Below are positions 59,481 to 64,000 of a DNA stretch of 64,000 nucleotides, piece after piece. The number at the start of each line of letters is the position of its first letter. Position 1 is the stretch's first letter. Position numbers and translations under genes: made by a program. The DNA lies in contig DF237397.1 in assembly GCA_000708835.1 (NCBI GenBank), positions 1-64,000 on the forward strand, written 5' to 3'. This DNA is from Klebsormidium nitens (lineage: Eukaryota; Plantae; Klebsormidiophyceae). The notes beneath the pieces were generated by a model that was not told the DNA's origin, did no database searches, and saw only the letters and a list, made by a program, of their open reading frames with translations.

Positions 59481-62400
59481 ATGGCGGACCTGGGCTTGGA
59501 CAGCCAGGGTGATCGGTGGGGCATGGAGGAGGAGATTGACTACGGGGACGATCCATTTGAATTGCCAGAGACGCTATTGGCAGAGCAGCCGGCGGGTGAA
59601 GAAAAAACGCATCCTGCGGTAAAGGCCGCAGGCGGGCGGAATGTGCTTGCAGGAAGTAAGATTGATTTGAGTGGTAAAGGTGAGGTGCGATCGAGGAGGG
59701 ATAGAGATCGGGGGGTGGATGATGGGAGGCGGGATAGAGAGAATGCTGGGCGAGAAGGAAGAAAAGAAGGGGAGAGGAAAGGGGGGGAGAGGAGGGAAGC
59801 GGAGCGACAGGAAGACGAGAGGAGGGAGGGCGAGAGGGAGAGGAGGCATCGGCATAAGCACAGGAGCAGACGAGAGGATCATGTTCCTCAAGGTGAGGTT
59901 TATGCTGATTTGGTACAAAGTTATGAATTTTGTGTGACTTTCGACCCTGTCATTTTTGTTGCACCTGCGCTGTTTTCGATTGGATTAAGGAGATTTGTGA
60001 CTTGAGACCCGTCATTTCGTTTGCATTTTCACCTATTTGCAATCCTTACACTTCTCATTGCATTCTGAGTTATTGCAGTATCCCGAGTGTTGTACTTCGT
60101 ATCGAATTGGGCAACTGTTTAGTGTTGGCTGCGTCAGTTACAATCTGTGATATGCAGCGTGTAGAATGTGTATGTCTATTGGTTGAGGTGCTGGAGCTTT
60201 GGCGGGAAAGTCGATTGGACTAGAGTTGAAGGAGGTCGCTGCATGAACCGCTTGATCAGCATATGAGATTGCGTACAAGTTTACCACCACTCGTCGCTTG
60301 TCTTTTTTATCTAGGTGCTGTGAGTGCATGCGTGTGAGCTGTCTTTACGAGGTGTTAGCATGTCTTTGTACTGCTTTTTCACAATGCATTGTCCCCTGCT
60401 CAAACTGTGCACTTGTGAAAGGCGACCTCGCACGATCAGAAGCTATCTCTGATGATCTTCAGGGGTTCCGTGTTGTGGACTTTTTGCTGTTAGCTGCACA
60501 AAACAACTTTGCTTGTTGAGGCAGGCATGCGGTACATTTGAATGTTTTTTTCAACAAAGGTGACGAGCAGTTGCTGTCAAATGCTAATGACCTGAGAGTG
60601 TCAGATTCTCACGACTTGTTGAAGCTCAGTGAGTCATGGCACTTTTCTTTTGGAGAACATGGACTGAAGAAGCATTGTTCATAAAAAGCACGGTGTGTTT
60701 CAATTTCCCATGTTTGACTTTCTTATTTTACCGGTAAGTGCTCAATCTGTGGGGTGGTCCGATTGTATCCACGCCTGTCATCTATGGACAGCGGACTCTC
60801 GCCAAGCTCGTTTCGGTTTCCTTGTGCATCTCTTACATCAGAAGTGTGCATAATTTGGCTCTGCTGAGTTGTCCACTTTATGCCTGCTTCTACTTGCAAT
60901 GAGGCAGCTTTTAGGATTGGTTGGCTTGCATAAGGCTGCAGAGCAGCTCCAACTTTTTTTGCGGCGTCCCGTAAAGTGGTTTGTGACAGCATTGGTACTG
61001 CCTTTGAAGAGACAATGCTGGCGGAAAGGACTTCATCACTTCGGGTTTGTAGCCTACTAGTATTGCGCAGCTTCTAAACTCCCAGTATGTCGTTGAGCAT
61101 CAAGATATGCATGCATTGCACGAAGTCGTGTCCCCTTTCGCAAGGGCCGTTTTGTGTGCCGTCAGGCTGGCATAATGGACCATTCTCAATAAGCCCCAAA
61201 GAATGCGGCACAGAGAAAGGTCGACGATTCTCCAGCGGGCAGTACACAGTGCTGCTGCAAAGTCCTGCATTTGGTTTCATTGCTGCCAGAAGCACTATTT
61301 GAGGTTTGTTGGAGCTAGGCATGCAAGAGCACACACAGATATTGTGTATCCCTTTTGTCTGAAAGACGCTTCAGGAAGGTTTGTATTCCCCTGGTCAATG
61401 TTGGTTCAGACCACTGTGCTCACTGTGACTTTCTGAGGGACGAAGGTTTCTCCAGCTTCTTCTTGTATTTGACCATACCATTGGTTTAAGGTCCATAACA
61501 CCACCTAAGGAAAGTCAGCAGAGAGAGTGCGGTTGGGAAAGTGTTTACTTTTTTCAAATTTTGCACACGGTTGCCTAGAGCAATCTCCCACCACCATGGA
61601 CTCAATTTGCACCCTCTTCCTCTGCCAGATGAGCCAGATCGCAGACCAAAGGCCGCTGAGCCCCGCTCGTTTCCGGAAGACGAAGCTCCCCGCAGCTCAA
61701 GAGAAGGCCACAGGAGCAGGCGCTCCCGGGACGATCCCTCAGGCGACGCTCCTGTGCTGGGGAGGCCAAATGAGAACTCGGTAGGTCTTCCCCGGGAGCG
61801 CGCCCTGTCCCCAAAGGAGAGAAAGGAGTCAGCTTTGGTCGAGTTGATGGACGAAGTTCGGGAAGAGAGAGAACGGAAGAACCGCAAGGAAGGGGACGTG
61901 AACGGGCGCGGCGCGCGGTGGGATCAGACCGCTGCAGACCGGGGGGGAGAAAGCAAACCGTATAAGGTGAGCAGAGAGATTACAGAAGATAGCAAAAAGG
62001 GTTATGATAGGGACGAGAGGGGAGGGAGTGCTCGCTATGGCAGGTATGAGGAGCGGGTTGGATTTGATGGGGGAAGGGAAGATGCGAGGAGAGGCGGTAG
62101 GTTGTCGCCTGGGGCGGACTATCACGAGAGGCGGGGTCGGATGAGCCCCGGGATGGGGCCGCGAGATGAGTTTAAGAGAGAGGATCGTGCGCGTATTCAT
62201 AAGAGGCCAGAGGAGGATAAGGGATGGGAGGATGACAAGCGGTGGGAGGATAAGAGGGGTGGCGACTTCCGGAGGGAAGAGGGGCGGGGGCCGAAAGATG
62301 AAAGGCGGGTGAGGGGGGAAGACGAGGCCTGGCAAGGGAGGGGAAGGGACGAGAGGCGGCGCGGCCGGGGCGGCGAGAGAGAAGGGGATCGGGGGGAGTA

Positions 62401-63865
62401 CGATGATAGAAGATGGGGCAATAAGGAGGACGACAAACTGGGGGGCCATAGGAGAGACGAAGGGAGAGGTTTTAGGGAGGATGAGGCAGGGTATCACAAT
62501 GGAAAGGGGCGGCCTGACTTTCGGGGAGAGCACTTCCGTGGCAGGGGGCCGTTCAGGCAGGAGGAAGACCCCCCCCGAAGGGGCGCAGGGGACAGTCTGC
62601 GGAGCCCGGGGGGGGAAAGGTCCCCTCCTCGGCGAGAGTACAATGAGCCAGGCACAGATCGCGGGTTCGATCGAAAAGCGCCCCCCGAAGCGAAACGGCG
62701 GTCTGTTTCACCTCCACCAAAACGGAGAGCCAGAACCCCGACCTTGGAGGGTTCAATTGCTGGCGAGGGGGGGCGAAGGCAGGAAGGTCTTGAGCCCAGC
62801 CCCCGGTCGAGAAAAGTGCACAGAGAGGCGACTTTTGACAACGGGGTTCCAGCGGACGAGGTCCCCCCTCGGCGGAGCCGGAAACGGTCGCTCAGCCCCC
62901 CTCCCAAATCAAGAAGTGCGCGGGACGGGAGTGTCAGAGATGGGGACCGGCACCGTTCCGTGTCGCGCGACCACGCGAGCACCCGGGGCAACGTGGACGA
63001 TTTCGAGTACGAGAGGGAGAGGCGGCGGGCGCGTCGGGGTGATACCGAGGAGCGCGAGTCCAAAGCGCCCCCCCGTTCTCCAATCGATGACCACAGGGGG
63101 CCCCGTTTCGAGCCTGGGAGAAGCCCAATCCGGCCCCCCATCCAGCTCCAGGGGGGTCCTCCAATTTTCCGGGAAGGACCCGAGGGTGGTTTGCACGAGA
63201 AGGGCCGGGGCAGGGGGGGCTTTATGGGTATGGACATGGGACCTCGCTGGCGGGGGGGTGAGTTCCCTCGCGGCAGGGGGGGCGGCTACCCCCCTTTCAG
63301 CCCCGGATTTGCACCCCCCCAATTCGGGGGCCCTCCGAGACCTTTCCCGAGGCCGGAGTTCGGTCCGGGGCCCTTGCCTTTCGTCCCAAGAGGCCAGTTT
63401 CCTGAGGGAGGTTTCGGTCGGGGGGGGTGGCGTGGACCCCCCCGCCACGAAATGGAGGGCGATTTGCTGCCGCCGCCAATGGGTGGTCTTCCTGGACCAG
63501 AATGGGAGCGGCGAGGGGGCCCTTGGGAACGGAACGAGCCTTGGGGGGGGGACCAGCCGAGGCGAGAGTTCCCCCCCCATTTCGAGATGGGGGCCGAGCG
63601 GAGAGAGGCGGAAGGGGAGGGGCGGCCTGCGAGGAAAGCGCCGGTTGCTGCCAAGGGGGGTGAGCGGAAGGCAGAGGAGAAGGTAGTCCCGGCCCCCCCG
63701 AAACGAGAGGGGCGGAAGGGGGGCACTGCAATGGCGGCGGTGAAAGCGATGGCGGGGGCATTGCAGGTTTCGAGGACGCTTGCTGGGGAGGCGCTCTTTG
63801 AGGAGTACAAGAAACTGCTGCCGCTGTCGGTGGCTATGAAGAAGGGGGCTACGATTGCAGAGAAG
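59481..63865 (+). CDS. Low-complexity RE/RS/RGG- and Pro-Gly-rich protein, 3'-partial; exons 59481-59892 and 61629-63865
   Basis: Exon 1 MADLGLDSQGDRWGMEEEIDYGDDPFE...HVPQ ends in phase 1. A 2237-nt exon (cag|ATGAGCCAGAT...GAGAAG|GTGCGA) continues it in frame (RSPGGERSPPRR, GRGRGG, PPFSPGFAPPQFGGPPRPF, ...EALFEEYKKLLPLSVAMKKGATIAEK). The ORF track omits this frame, probably because it has no stop before the window end. Confidence 0.75.
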
Positions 63866-64000
63866 GTGCGAGGCTGGCTCTTAGATCTCTGTAGCTCTCG
63901 AGTATTTAAGCAGGTATTTAATGTATTTTATGCAGGTAATTCTGTGCTCTTAGACCGTCAAAAACTCCCATGTAAGAGTCGAGTACAAACTTTTCTGCTT

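Noticed and set aside
62403-63810. 427-aa plus-strand ORF and several long minus-strand ORFs
   Set aside because: These are alternative-frame or antisense shadows of the GC-rich real exon 61629-63865.
1-64000. tRNA, rRNA, transposase or reverse-transcriptase coding regions
   Set aside because: None recognised by eye; an Infernal or tRNAscan run and a TE-HMM scan would be needed to exclude them formally.

Overview
This is intron-rich eukaryotic genomic DNA with no prokaryotic features. Gene content and GTGAG/GTGCG/GTAAG donors suggest a streptophyte green alga such as Klebsormidium (inference). By hand-splicing I reconstructed eight genes: ureD (+, 5'-partial); a Cys-rich dirigent/AOC-barrel-like protein (-); a ~371-aa protein made of a signal anchor plus only the C-terminal domain of the At4g01210/At5g04480 (BUP) glycosyltransferase family (-); an 11-exon plant synaptotagmin (+); a tandem pair of glutamate-receptor-like channels that seem to lack the amino-terminal domain (+); a DUF2306-like membrane protein (-); and an RGG/RS/RE-rich protein (+, 3'-partial). 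There are four MITE-like elements and one assembly gap. The main unexplained structure is that many introns in four of the genes are built from degenerate tandem copies of their own splice junctions ('exon-edge echoes', 1-14 copies, ~70-200 bp period). Most copies keep AG or GT. Some form frame-preserving candidate exons, some form YAG-5nt-GT microexon-like units, and the best-preserved copies show many synonymous differences from the real exon. Family assignments come from recalled motif similarity, not database searches.
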